NCBI GenBank assembly: GCA_976226885.1
Contig: OZ320316.1
Span: 75,020,001-75,084,000, forward strand
Direction of reading: 5' to 3'
DNA from: Iphione sp. A-MEVVRFRX5
Taxonomy: Eukaryota
DNA length: 64,000 bases
Part shown: in pieces, positions 52,901 through 64,000 of the stretch
Numbering within the stretch: the first letter of the stretch is position 1
Layout: each line of letters begins with the position of its first letter
Notes under the pieces: model-generated
What the model was told of the DNA's origin: nothing
Databases searched by the model: none
The model's input: only the letters and a program-made list of their open reading frames with translations
Program-made: the position numbers and the translations under genes

Positions 52901-55427
52901 CAGCACCCCTGTACCAGCCTGGCAGATAGAGGGCCCAGCTCACCGAGGTCGCTGCGCTTTTGTGGATGTCATCGCATGTTTTTACAACTGCGATCAGGAT
53001 GCGTCATTGCCACAAATAAGCTACTCTTCCTTAGACAGGTGCCTGAAGTTGGTGGCGTATAAAAAGTAGCACCATTATTGGATTATGCCAGGGCTTTACT
53101 GAAGCAGTTTGGCCAACAGTCTATCTGTTATCGCACGCAGAAATGTCTTTTGCCAGGACAACACGGGTTTGGAAAGAAAATTGCCCGACCAACCCACACT
53201 ACGGTCTTTAACCTACTATAACCTTTGAACACCAGCCAAGCAGTTCTCACCTACCTGGTGAAGGGTCGATTATGGCAATCCGAGCCTAAACTATTAGGAG
53301 GAGGATGGACAAAGAGCCACATGGTCAATGACCCGTAGCTGCGCGATAATGAATAGCTTCAGCTGCCATGCCGCCCAAACCAGCGGGCTAATTCAAAATA
53401 AAGACCAGTTGCCGCCAATTTTCTTGTCAGTTATTTGTTTCTCGTGGGTAATAGTGCAGGCTGTATTCTCGTTCACCCTGGTATTATGGCCCTATAGATA
53501 GATCCAAGAGTCACACGTTCTCCTTGAAAGACACGCCCCCGACGGTACTTCTATTCTAAACGTTAAACGTCTTGGTAGTTTGAGAGACATCTTGTCTCTG
53601 TGTGACATTTGACATATACATCACTAGGTTTGGATTAGTGATTGATATAGTGAATACCACACGTACTTTAAATTCTCCATTGTGTATTTGAATTTAAAGA
53701 AAAGACACGGCGGGCAGCAGTCCCCATGTAATGCACTTGCTTTTTTAATTCCTATTTGTACACTGCAGTATTTTCTATCTCAAAGACCACAGTGTATACA
53801 AATGAGTTTGATAATACATTTCAGCAATGATTCCTTTTCGAAAGTAAAATGAATGCCGATTTAAATGGGACGCTCCTTGCTAGGCCAGCCTCCTATATGA
53901 GCAGAGGAAGGAACAGGAAGGCATACGATGCAACCGTTGTCCAACTCACAGGCTCATTACCCGATGGCATGCCACCAACCAATCATCAAAATAAAGCACA
54001 TTTTGTGCAATCGATAGAACTCACTTCCAGGATTAAATACCATGAATGTAGCGCCGTCGTTACAGTACCGGAATTCAGTAGATTATTTCAGCAAGGGCAA
54101 GAGGTCTTTTACATATGGTGATACTTTCGAATGACACTCGAGCCGCACATATATGTTTATTGCGCCAACATATGTATGGGACATCCACTAGTTGCTGGCT
54201 GTTCTCGATCGTACAAAGCATAGCCGGACGAGATATTCCAACAGCACGAAAAGGGAAATCACTTTCCATCGATCTTCGAAAGTGTCACGTTTGCTCCAGT
54301 TCCTATGGCCATATACAGATGTGGATTGTCCCATCGAACCAATATTCGGCAGTCATGCCGAAAGCATTGTCATGAACGGCTCCGCGCCAGGGTCATAGTA
54401 CTTCGCCTATCAAACTAATCCTCCCAATTCGATTTGCTGTTAAAAGGTTTTCTCCTGTTTCGTATCACGTGACATCCCTTGGAATAATTATGAATCACAT
54501 TGTTTGCTTTTAATTTAAATATCGGTGGTTAATAATTTGTCTTTTTTTGTGAGCTAATAACTTATTACATTGCCGAGGTGGCTTTTTTTATTGGCATTGC
54601 AAAATACACTGCTGCCACTTCCTGTTACAGTTTACATAACCTAATTCCCATTGTGAGTCTTTCGGCTGGAAGCCAGCTAGTGTTGCAGTGGCGCTCCAAA
54701 ATGCTAAGTGTAATTTTGATAATTATCCTGTGAAGACGACCATACGACGATCGACGCGGACGTTGCTCGCGCTCACCAGATGGATCATTCCGGAATGGAT
54801 CAATAAACGGTAGGGACTGCGCGCTGGTGGAAGTATCATTAACCTGTCAAGGCCTTGATCTGATAATTCCTACTTCATGCTCCTAACCCACTAGTTCTTT
54901 ACCAACTGAAAAGCAGCAGTCTGCGAATACGGTCTCTCACTTGAAAAAAAAACACTTCCTCTGTAATTTTCGAACTACCGAGACCATGCTATCACTGTAA
55001 ACGTATAAAAAAAAGATCTAGATGGCCGCGCTCGGAAAAACACATTCCCCGAGTTGAGCGGAAAAGTAATGTAATTCAACTGTCTAGTGACATGTAATTT
55101 TTAACGGAGAATAACAATTTTGTTTGAAAGTACAGACTTTGATATCACGATGAAATCTATTCAAGGCCGATTGCAGGGGTCAACTTCTTTCATAGTCTCA
55201 CTATACTGTTTCGAGAGCAGAAATTTCTAACTCTATCACCATACTCTTACACACGTATACATATGAACAACATCTACATAACGTCTCCAATATAAATGTA
55301 TATTTACAAACATATCCAAAGGTACAAGTATGTAAACACAACACTTGCCGTACTACCCTATTTATTGTACAACACCTTTCACTTGCCAGGAAGACGTGAA
55401 AATAGGATTTAAATATTAGTTAGGAAC

Positions 55428-55429
<2 letters not shown>

Positions 55430-55477
<48 letters not shown>
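55430..55477 (+). repeat. (AG)24 microsatellite
   Basis: Direct reading. Confidence 0.97.
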
Positions 55478-55480
<3 letters not shown>

Positions 55481-58400
55481 TGGCAGGGGTGGTTTAAAAA
55501 GAAAGCCGCAATTGTTCCCGCCTAGGAAGACGATATACAGACTAAAGACTACTGCCTTGTGATTGCCCAACATGAGGGCCTTACACAATGGTCATAGGCC
55601 GATGGGTGATTTAATTTATGCCTGTCCGGCCCCGTTTTACGCGTGGTTAAACCCCAAGAAGGTAGCCCGGCACAGGTCGAGACGGTTGGGTGACCACGCC
55701 CTCATCCCCACCCAGCTGACAAAAGTTGTAAGTCCGTGGTCATGGAAGGTTACGTCCTTGGGTACCAGAGGCAGCAGCTGCCGACGCCAGGCGCCATACA
55801 TCTATCTTCTAATCATTCAATAAGGACATTGCGCAATAATCAGCTCATCCGGCTACCATCTGCTCTGTGGAGCTTTGATGTTCAGTTCCCTCCTCCACTC
55901 TCACCTTCAACGAGGAAATTATTGTTGAGTGGCAGTGGTCATGGCATCCTCTCCGTCGGTGGCATGTTGAGGATGCTCCAGCCGCAGGAGTTTGCTGATC
56001 TCTCTAGGGAATATTTGTGACGCGCGACCGACAGTCGGGGATTGCGACGCCTCCTTTCACGCTAGACTAGTTCTATTAACATATGCTAGGCGATCTGAAA
56101 AAATAGACCCCGCCTTCAAAGAGGCTTGGATACTTCGTTTTAATTATGTAAAAGGTTTAAGTTGGTTCGCTTTGATCGTACACGTGAGACGCACGAACGC
56201 GTGTCACCTTCTGGCCTAACGTCCAGAAAAAGGTATCCCCTAAATGTTGAATTGAGGAGTAGTTACACCCTTTTACATTCAAAAGCATACGTACATCCAC
56301 AAATCCTTACATGGGTAACCTAATACTTGGGTAATAGCATGCGCTGATGACGCAAAAGTTATCATACGCAGATCAAACGTTGCCAAAAGTCACTATATTA
56401 TGTATGTACATAAGGATTATTGCATTTGCAGATGGAGATATTTCAGTGTAATATGTCTAATAATTGAAACTTTGGGCAACCATATAGAATAGATACGGCC
56501 TTGGTTTAATATCATAATGATATTCATGATGTATCCCTTGGCTCTCAGATATCTTCGGATGTTCGCCTGAAAACAGAAAGAAGATCTCGTGGACAGATGG
56601 GAGTGGCAAAGTGATTATGCGATTATTGTATGCATTTAAATATTTACTGATAATTAAACTACGCTCCTATGAACAAAATGCAAGTAAAAAAACTCTAGTT
56701 CCATTTCAGATAAAAAGAATTAATTCAAGTGATTAGCATTTGCATTCATTACATTACCAGGGAGACAACTAGCAATTGATGCAGAGACCTATGCTGCCTC
56801 CAGGTGATTACCGCTAGAGAAAGCTTTTCCTTGTTGGAGGCAATCTAGTGCTGTTCATACAGCAGTGGATTTCATAGAGCGCATAGTAACAATGTTTGAT
56901 CTCAGCAAGAACAAAAGGAAAACAAATATTGACAATGGTTAAACGCGGAGCCTTACCCAACTTGGCAGCCAAGCCGCAGAGGAAAGTAAAACGGCATGAG
57001 CGGAGACAAGGGCAGGCCAGCCTTGTTTAGTATTCATGACTGCCACTCACAATGTTTGCTGCCGATTGCAAGCGTCTGCAAATGACCGATTAAGAGACAT
57101 GCCTGCAGATATGAAGCGCAGTATTGTCCACTCCAGCCATAAAAATATAAAAGTGCCTCAGGAAGAACAAGTGATTTAGTTTTACATTCCGATTCGTACA
57201 ACACGAAAATCACTTTCATTTACGAGTTATAACATAGAGCGTCCCCATTTGTGGTGCATTGGGACAGCAAGTGCTTACAAAGAGGCGAAATTCAAGGAAC
57301 TAAGCGGGGTGACCTGCGCTCTTCAAGGTTAGGGACCTCCCTACACGACCATGCACTCCCCGTTCCGGATTCCCAATGGCTTCTTGGCACAACCACCAAG
57401 GAGGCATTTCCTTGTCGCTTGTGGCCTAAACTCTGACTCCATTGTGGCGCAATTCAGCCACTGTCTCTAGGGAATTGACCCCGACGAGTAGGATGTCCGT
57501 TCTCACACACAGAGAACCCTAACGAGGACTGGGTAATTGGCCGGTCATTAGGCGGTGGGAGTCGCGGGACGTTGTAGAGAGGGCGTGCAAATTAAGGTGT
57601 CACGGGGGACTAAGATAGCTCAAGGGTGCTTTTGATCAATCTATTTTTGGGTGGTCAGCTGGTGGAGTGAGGCATGCAGCATCGGGTGAATGCTAAGATA
57701 ATTGCTTCTTTTTTACTGGTTGACAGGAGGCTATGGAAACCTAGAAATTGTCGTTTGTAGGCATGAATATCGGCCGGTTACTCCTATTTAGTCTAGTTTT
57801 CTCGGGCCATGATTGGCTTCATCTAGGTCACATTGTTTTATTTACGATCATTACAAGAGTACAGCGCGTGCACGATATTTTTTCCTCAAATAGTTCTCTT
57901 TACATTAAACACAATATACATAGGTCATAATTTGCAGACCTTTTGGGGGAAAGTCCCACACTAAGTTACAGCCAAGTTACAGCAAAAAAACGGTATACAT
58001 GTGCATGTAGCTGCACGACAAAACCATCAATGTACTAAAAAGTCGGTTTCCCACGTCCATCCGTCTGATACTTTATGAGGGCATTCACATGTACATGCTC
58101 TTTGATAAGGCCACAAACAAATTAGGTATTTCCGCTTAACCCCCCCGCCTACCTAGCATAACCTCACCCTACCTAAAAAGTTTTTGCCCCAAAGAGTTCC
58201 CAATGCTGAATTTCATTAGACTAGGTGATTAGGGATGGCATCGAGTGCTGGGTATGGGAATGTAAGTCCTGAAAGCCTTGTGCTGGGACGAACAAACCTG
58301 TTTTGGGGGAAGCCTAAGGGAGGGTGTCTCAGAGCGGATGGCTGGAGTGAAATTGACCTTTAGTAGATCAGGTTGACATAATAGATCAATTTATCTGATT

Positions 58401-61400
58401 ATCAACTTCTCTGTTTACAAACTGCACCATCCATCTACAACGACACAGATACACAATCTTAGGTCTAATAAAACATAATACGCCCTTTCAGTATAAGATT
58501 TTATATATTACACTGCAGTATTCTTATATGATGATATGACAATGTTTTCTTACATGTGATATAAAAACGTGAGTGGAGCGGACGAGTATGAATATACATA
58601 TTATGTGTACATTTGGTCATTTGGGTATCCATAGGATACCTTCATTAAGACAACTTGATTGTAGATAGGGCAGTACCATCTAGCCTGTACTCCCTGAATC
58701 ACTAACATTAGTGTACTTGGAGGTTCTCCCGCCTATATTTTTTATCACTACTTGAAAAAACTTCACAGTACCCAATTCTCTTGTATCTCGTGGTAGTTCA
58801 TCCCACATAACTTTCATGCCGAGATCCACCTGGATTCTTATAATCTTGATCACAATCTGTCTCTGACACCTTCAAAGACAGAGAGGACCGGCAAGACCAT
58901 GATGATGACTCGGAAGAGACAAACTATTGGAGTCTTATTATCCTTCAGTGGTTTGATTTTATCGGCTTCATTTTCAACTCCATTATCGTCACTTGGAGAT
59001 TACATTGTCGCTGTTGTGGAAGAGTTGACTAGATTACACTGCTGAACTGGAACATCCCTACCTGTCCATGTTGTCCAGTCTGATCACCACAGCACAAGAA
59101 GTTCATGTGTCTCCAGCTGGCTTTGTTGCAGTGTTGCTGTATGCACCATGCAAGAAGCCGTCCATTCTTCTGTCTATGTTGCATTATCTCCCTCTACGCA
59201 CAACTTACAATGTACATGTAGTTTAACAAATTCCATTCAGATGTTCAATATAACTGGTTATGTTGGTGGAGCTCTGGTTCTGTAAGAGGCATATTTGTTC
59301 TATATCCACAGAATTGTCAGAAAGGAATACATGTACATGTACATGTAAACGCGGAATATCGTATCTTCTTGCGTTTGAGTTAAAATGTCAATTTTCTCCC
59401 TCGCAAAACCGGGCTTCCACGTACCTTTGCTAGCTTCAGATTTTCGAAAACACTTGGATGTTTGCAATAGTATCCTTAAGACACTGAATACGACCCTCAA
59501 ATCCAACGAATCTAGTTATTATGACCTATAATGCACTGTTTCAAGAGGGCACGCTGGGTGACCGAAGATTACTTCGTTTATATTGGCATAGATCCGATTT
59601 GTATCTTCACCCGATGGTCGAAAATGAAATGTTGAGTGTTTGTGGACAATTACTTGAGGCTGAAGGTTTGAGAATAGATTGTTAATATCCCATCAAGGAC
59701 CCTTTTGTTTGTGTTATTACACACGGATTATAGCAACTGTAAAAGCCAGTAACACCTTTAATCTGTTATACGTCAGGTTTAATCCACAGGATATACTCAA
59801 GTAACAATATATTAGGCCAAATAATCTCTCTTAACCCTTACTTGACTCTGCAAGGCTGGATTATGCCTCGGACAGGCAGTCACAGATCGTGCTGTTGTAT
59901 TGATAATACCTTAGTCATCCCAACAGGTGTGACAAAGTTGTGGTATATTCATATCTGAAAATTTAGCGAGATGGGAACTGTTATACTACAGACGTTTGCC
60001 AATATACATTCTATGAGAAAATATATCGAGATTCTGTAGGACATGAGGTATGTGGGGCTGTAAATAGTATTATGAAGACTATATCTAAAAAAAACTGTTT
60101 TCTTGCATTAGATGTATCACCGGATGTATCCCTGCTGGTTCCGACCCTACATGTTGGTATTGGTTGAATACGATGAAAGGCATCTTAAACCCTTGGAGCT
60201 AATACATGTATTTAATTATAGTGTACACTGTATATGAAAGTGTAAGGTTCGGCTAAAAGGAATACGGCTGGTATTGCTCAACAATTAAACAAAATTTGCT
60301 GATGGGATGTTGGTCTTCATTCAAGGAGAAAATTCCAACAGCCTAAGACCTCATTCACATTTCAATAGTTTCTTTTTAACCGTGTTATTTTATTTAAAAC
60401 AAATTATTTATGCTTCAGCTGAAGAAAATCCCTGTCCTTTATCTTGGTAATTCACAAAGGGAAATAATCTTGCAGTAATTGATACTGGCTTGGAAACTTA
60501 ATTAAAGTCGCTTACAAGATTATGTTGACGAGTCGCCTTTCATATCGATGATACATGGCCGCGCCTACACGTATAGAGATACTAATTGTATTGCACCTAT
60601 ATCCGGAAGTTACTTTAATGGTATGGTATTACGGACTCTTATCGCTCTATAAAACTACGTGTAATATATAGAAATCAAATGATGCTATTTATTCAGTTTG
60701 TCCGCGACGAAATGGGACTTCTCGATTCGGTAGCCTGCAAAGGTTAAACGATGTTAGCTGTAATCGGATTACCCTAGCGACCACCGATCGGCTGCCTAAT
60801 ATATTGAATGATACTCGTGTCTGTACCGGTGTGATAATTTCGGTATCGACCGTCCTGAAGCATTCTTCGCGGCGTCACTCGCCCTGATCAGGTCTAATGC
60901 GAAGTCTGGCAGCATTGTGTAGACAGCTCCCTCCACCGCCAGCGTTGGCACTCGAGCGTGTACCGATGATCCCACAGTGTGCGCCGCCGAGTCCCCGGCT
61001 CCTTATTTGTAGCGCTCAGCGCCTCAAATCCCGGGCTAGGACGCGGAGTCGCGCGAGCGGAAAAGACAATTGTCAATGCGCACGCCGAACGTGTCACAGT
61101 GCGGTGCCCATGCGCATGCTGATCAATCACACTCGCCTGCTTCCCGCGACAATGGCGTCAACGTTGCACTGCAAGAAAATTATCAGGTACATGTATACTA
61201 ATTACAACGCTTGGCTCTTTCTCCAACCATCGTTGTCGACGACAGAGATGATGCTCATTCAGTTGGCGTAGTTGTGTTGTTTACGCTTGCTGTTGAGAGC
61301 TGAGTGCCATCTATTTGCACGCGTATGTCCATATGAAAATTACGGGGACCCCTCTGGTTCTATGCTCACTCTCCGGAAGTTTGGGGGAGTGGTGAATTGC

Positions 61401-61609
61401 TGGGTCACCAGTGACAGCAGTGCATATGGGCCGCAGCTTCATTCATGACAGTGCGGAAGGCACTTTCGGACAATTTGCTAGGCTGGTGGTTGTTATACTT
61501 CCTTTCTATATGCCGATTATTGATGTACACACATGAGTTCATGTTGATGCTAGTTAAGCAAATGTCGCTGCCGCTGCCTGAAAGGGTCGTTATCTCGGTG
61601 GAGGCGACC

Positions 61610-61898
61610 CCCAGTCCCTGCACTCTTGCAACAATGATGTACGCACGCTCGTTCTGAAAATCAAGAAGAAAGGGGTGTCTTTTCCTGACATTGTATGTCC
61701 TTGATTCTTGAAAAAAGGGTTGGTTTTTTCAGTTCTTAGACTTTTCACAAAGAAAGGGGTCTTTTTCCCTTAGTCTGTAGTATTTTTCAGGAAGAAAGGG
61801 GTATTTTTTTCCAGCTAAATATCAGTGAATAAGGGGTAGTTTGGATACTCTAGAACGAGCGTATGTCCTACCTTTAAAACTACAGTGCGGGGACCGGG
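61610..61898. mobile_element. Small MITE (289 bp) with 8-bp TSD, superfamily unassigned
   Basis: Ends CCCAGTCCCTGCACT (61610-61624) and AGTGCGGGGACCGGG (61884-61898) are inverted at 13/15. A perfect inner 11-bp inverted repeat ACGCTCGTTCT (61645-55) / AGAACGAGCGT (61852-62) is present. AGGCGACC flanks both sides (61602-09, 61899-906). The interior repeats AAGAAAGGGGT. Confidence 0.75.
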
Positions 61899-62649
61899 AG
61901 GCGACCTCTCCTGCCGTCCAGCCAATTTCTATATGAGCCATCGCCCAACTTCGGAGTCGGCTTGTCTCATGAATATTTCATTTCAATGAAGCGCTTATAA
62001 CATGAATGCGTTATTATATCTGATCGCAGCACGACACAGATCGACCTTCGATGCCAGCGTGTCACCATTCACTGCCAAAGGTCGTGGCTGTCGTCTTCTG
62101 TGAGGCAGAGGGGCATGCCCAATTCTAGTCTCACAACCACCCCCTCCCCTCCTCCCAAACGTTGACTTAATGCCTATTACGTTCCCCGGGCACACACCGT
62201 CCTGACGCAGGATGCTATCTCCAGTAGGAATGACACATCCATCTTAGTTTGTGGCGAGGACGATGCTTATCATGTTCCATCTTAAAGCATTGGTAACCCA
62301 AGAGGTGGGGCGGGTCATTCCTCAATGCTTCAATTCACATAATCATAGAATGTATGAGCCTGGCTGTGATTTTCAGTTTCTTTAAATTCAGGTTACTTGA
62401 CACATATTACAATGCCGTTCAAAGAAACCAACGTAACGCCCCCTTAAAATTGTTGGATTTACCTTTAGATAAATCAACGAACAGTCCGACTGCCATCAAA
62501 TTCAACGTCTCTCCATTACAAAATATTTTTCAACCCAAAAGGCAGCTCGCCTCCATATACAGCAGACAAACGTTAGACGCAAGACGAGACTACGAGTGTG
62601 GATGTTATGCTTTCCCTCTCGGTTTAAGCAATCAAGGAATGCTGATAAC

Positions 62650-63720
62650 ATAGGTATCTCAAATACTTCAAAGAAAAGGTAAAGAACTTGATTCTCTTGG
62701 AGGAGAAGTTCAAAGCCCGTTGCTACATTTATGTAATAAACCAAGCGACCATTGGATATCCCTGAACACACCTGTGTTAAACAGGGAGGAGAAGTCAGCA
62801 GATGTCTGAAACAAAATGATGAGTGGGTTGATAATGCAAGAGTCCCTTTAGTGGTAAATGAATTCTTCGTCACTCAAGCTGAAAGGTTAAACATTGTAAT
62901 ACCCAATGAACAGATGAAGGATCTCAGATGGGATATCAAACCTGTGACTCATGAGGCATTGTACAAAGTTGTATCTAGTATCAAACCAAACAAGCCAAGT
63001 GGGGTGAATTGCATTCCAACTACTGTATTTGAGGATGCCCTACTATTGGCTACTACGCCAATACATGCAATTATAAATGAGTTGCTAATGTCAGGGACCT
63101 TTCCTGCAGACTGGAAAATACCTTACACCACACCCTTGTTTGAGATGGGCCAAAAATCGGAAAAGAGCAACTACAGACCTGCGGCAACTCTCCCTCTAAT
63201 TGGTAAATTGTTTTAAAAAATGGTCCATCGAGGGTTGAATATTTGGAATCTATAGTATTTATCTGCTGCCAACAACATGCTTTCCCCAAACAGAGGGGAC
63301 GACCACAGCAGTATCTGTTTTCCTTCCAGATGTATATTCTGCTATCATTGAAAGAAAGTACTTTGCCAGTGTATGTTTCGATACGTCAAAAGCATTTGAT
63401 GTTATGAATTATGAGTTTATTGTTTACTTTTTGCAAGAAGCTAGTGTGTGTGTTGGGGGAGGGGTTTAACGTTGAAGTGGGTGAGTGGGTATTTAGAAAT
63501 CAGGCATCAATTCATTAGATGTAAGGGATGTTCATCACATGTCTTCCTGGTGAAGCATTGGGTACCCCAGGGAAGCCTCATGGCCCCTTTATGTCTTCTG
63601 TCATTATAAACTCCCTGCCTAGTTCTCAGCTTGTCACGAAGTCTGTTTTGTGTGCAGATGACCTCACAATTTATTTTAGGGCTCTGGCTCTAAGACTTAA
63701 GTTGCAAAAAGGAATTTAGG
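62650..63720 (+). pseudogene. Decayed non-LTR retrotransposon (CR1/L2-group-like) reverse-transcriptase fragment
   Basis: ORF 62752-63216 encodes KPNKPSGVNCIP...GTFPADWK...PLFEMGQKSEKSNYRPAATLPLIGKLF, then a stop. Frame-broken downstream motifs: QHAFPKQRG/TTTA (~63270-63310), FDTSKAFD (63377-63400), GTPGKPHGPF...IINSLP, and CADD at 63651-63662 in place of YADD. Confidence 0.88.
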
Positions 63721-64000
63721 TCTGGTGTCCTTACTTGCGTTGGTGTCCATGCATTTCGGATCCATTTTTGGTCTGTTGGAGTTAATTTTTTTATGGATAA
63801 ATTGATTTTAGTGAAGGGTGATCTTTAGTTATGCATGCATGAGGCTGTGTTTGCTCTTTATGGAATATGTCCATCAATTTAATGCAAACGCAAGGTAACA
63901 CATGAGTAGGAGAGAAGATATATCTTTGGATTCAGGCTCATTTCCTCGTTTTTACTCACTTTCACCATCATTTTCACACAAGTTCATCCTCTTTTGGACT

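Noticed and set aside
58107-58200. TAAGGCCACA...CCTACCTA segment resembling a DNA-transposon end
   Set aside because: No matching opposite terminus or TSD found in the window.

Overview
Eukaryotic genomic DNA with spliceosomal introns, a 184-N scaffold gap and frequent TACATGTA motifs. Base composition and repeat types suggest a marine invertebrate such as amphioxus (inference only). The main feature is an apparently intact ~10.25-kb PIF/Harbinger DNA transposon at 380-10628, with imperfect 18-bp TIRs and a CAG target-site duplication. It encodes a 4-exon DDE transposase (+ strand, 354 aa) and a convergent 8-exon Myb/SANT-like partner (- strand, ~373 aa). The 4.3-kb second intron of the Myb-like gene holds extra coding sequence on the same strand: a 1.74-kb open exon (ORF3, ~583 aa) and two further phase-1 exons that are splice-compatible with the Myb exons. 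ORF3 has basic repeats, a Cys cluster, an NLS and a C-terminal region I cannot assign. A CACGAA-N4-CACGAA direct repeat recurs near the starts or first introns of all three units. The other ~53 kb has no recognisable host coding exon. It holds GC/CpG-rich regulatory-looking patches, two MITEs, microsatellites and a decayed non-LTR retrotransposon RT fragment. Exon structures were derived by hand from GT-AG sites and frame continuity, not from transcript data.
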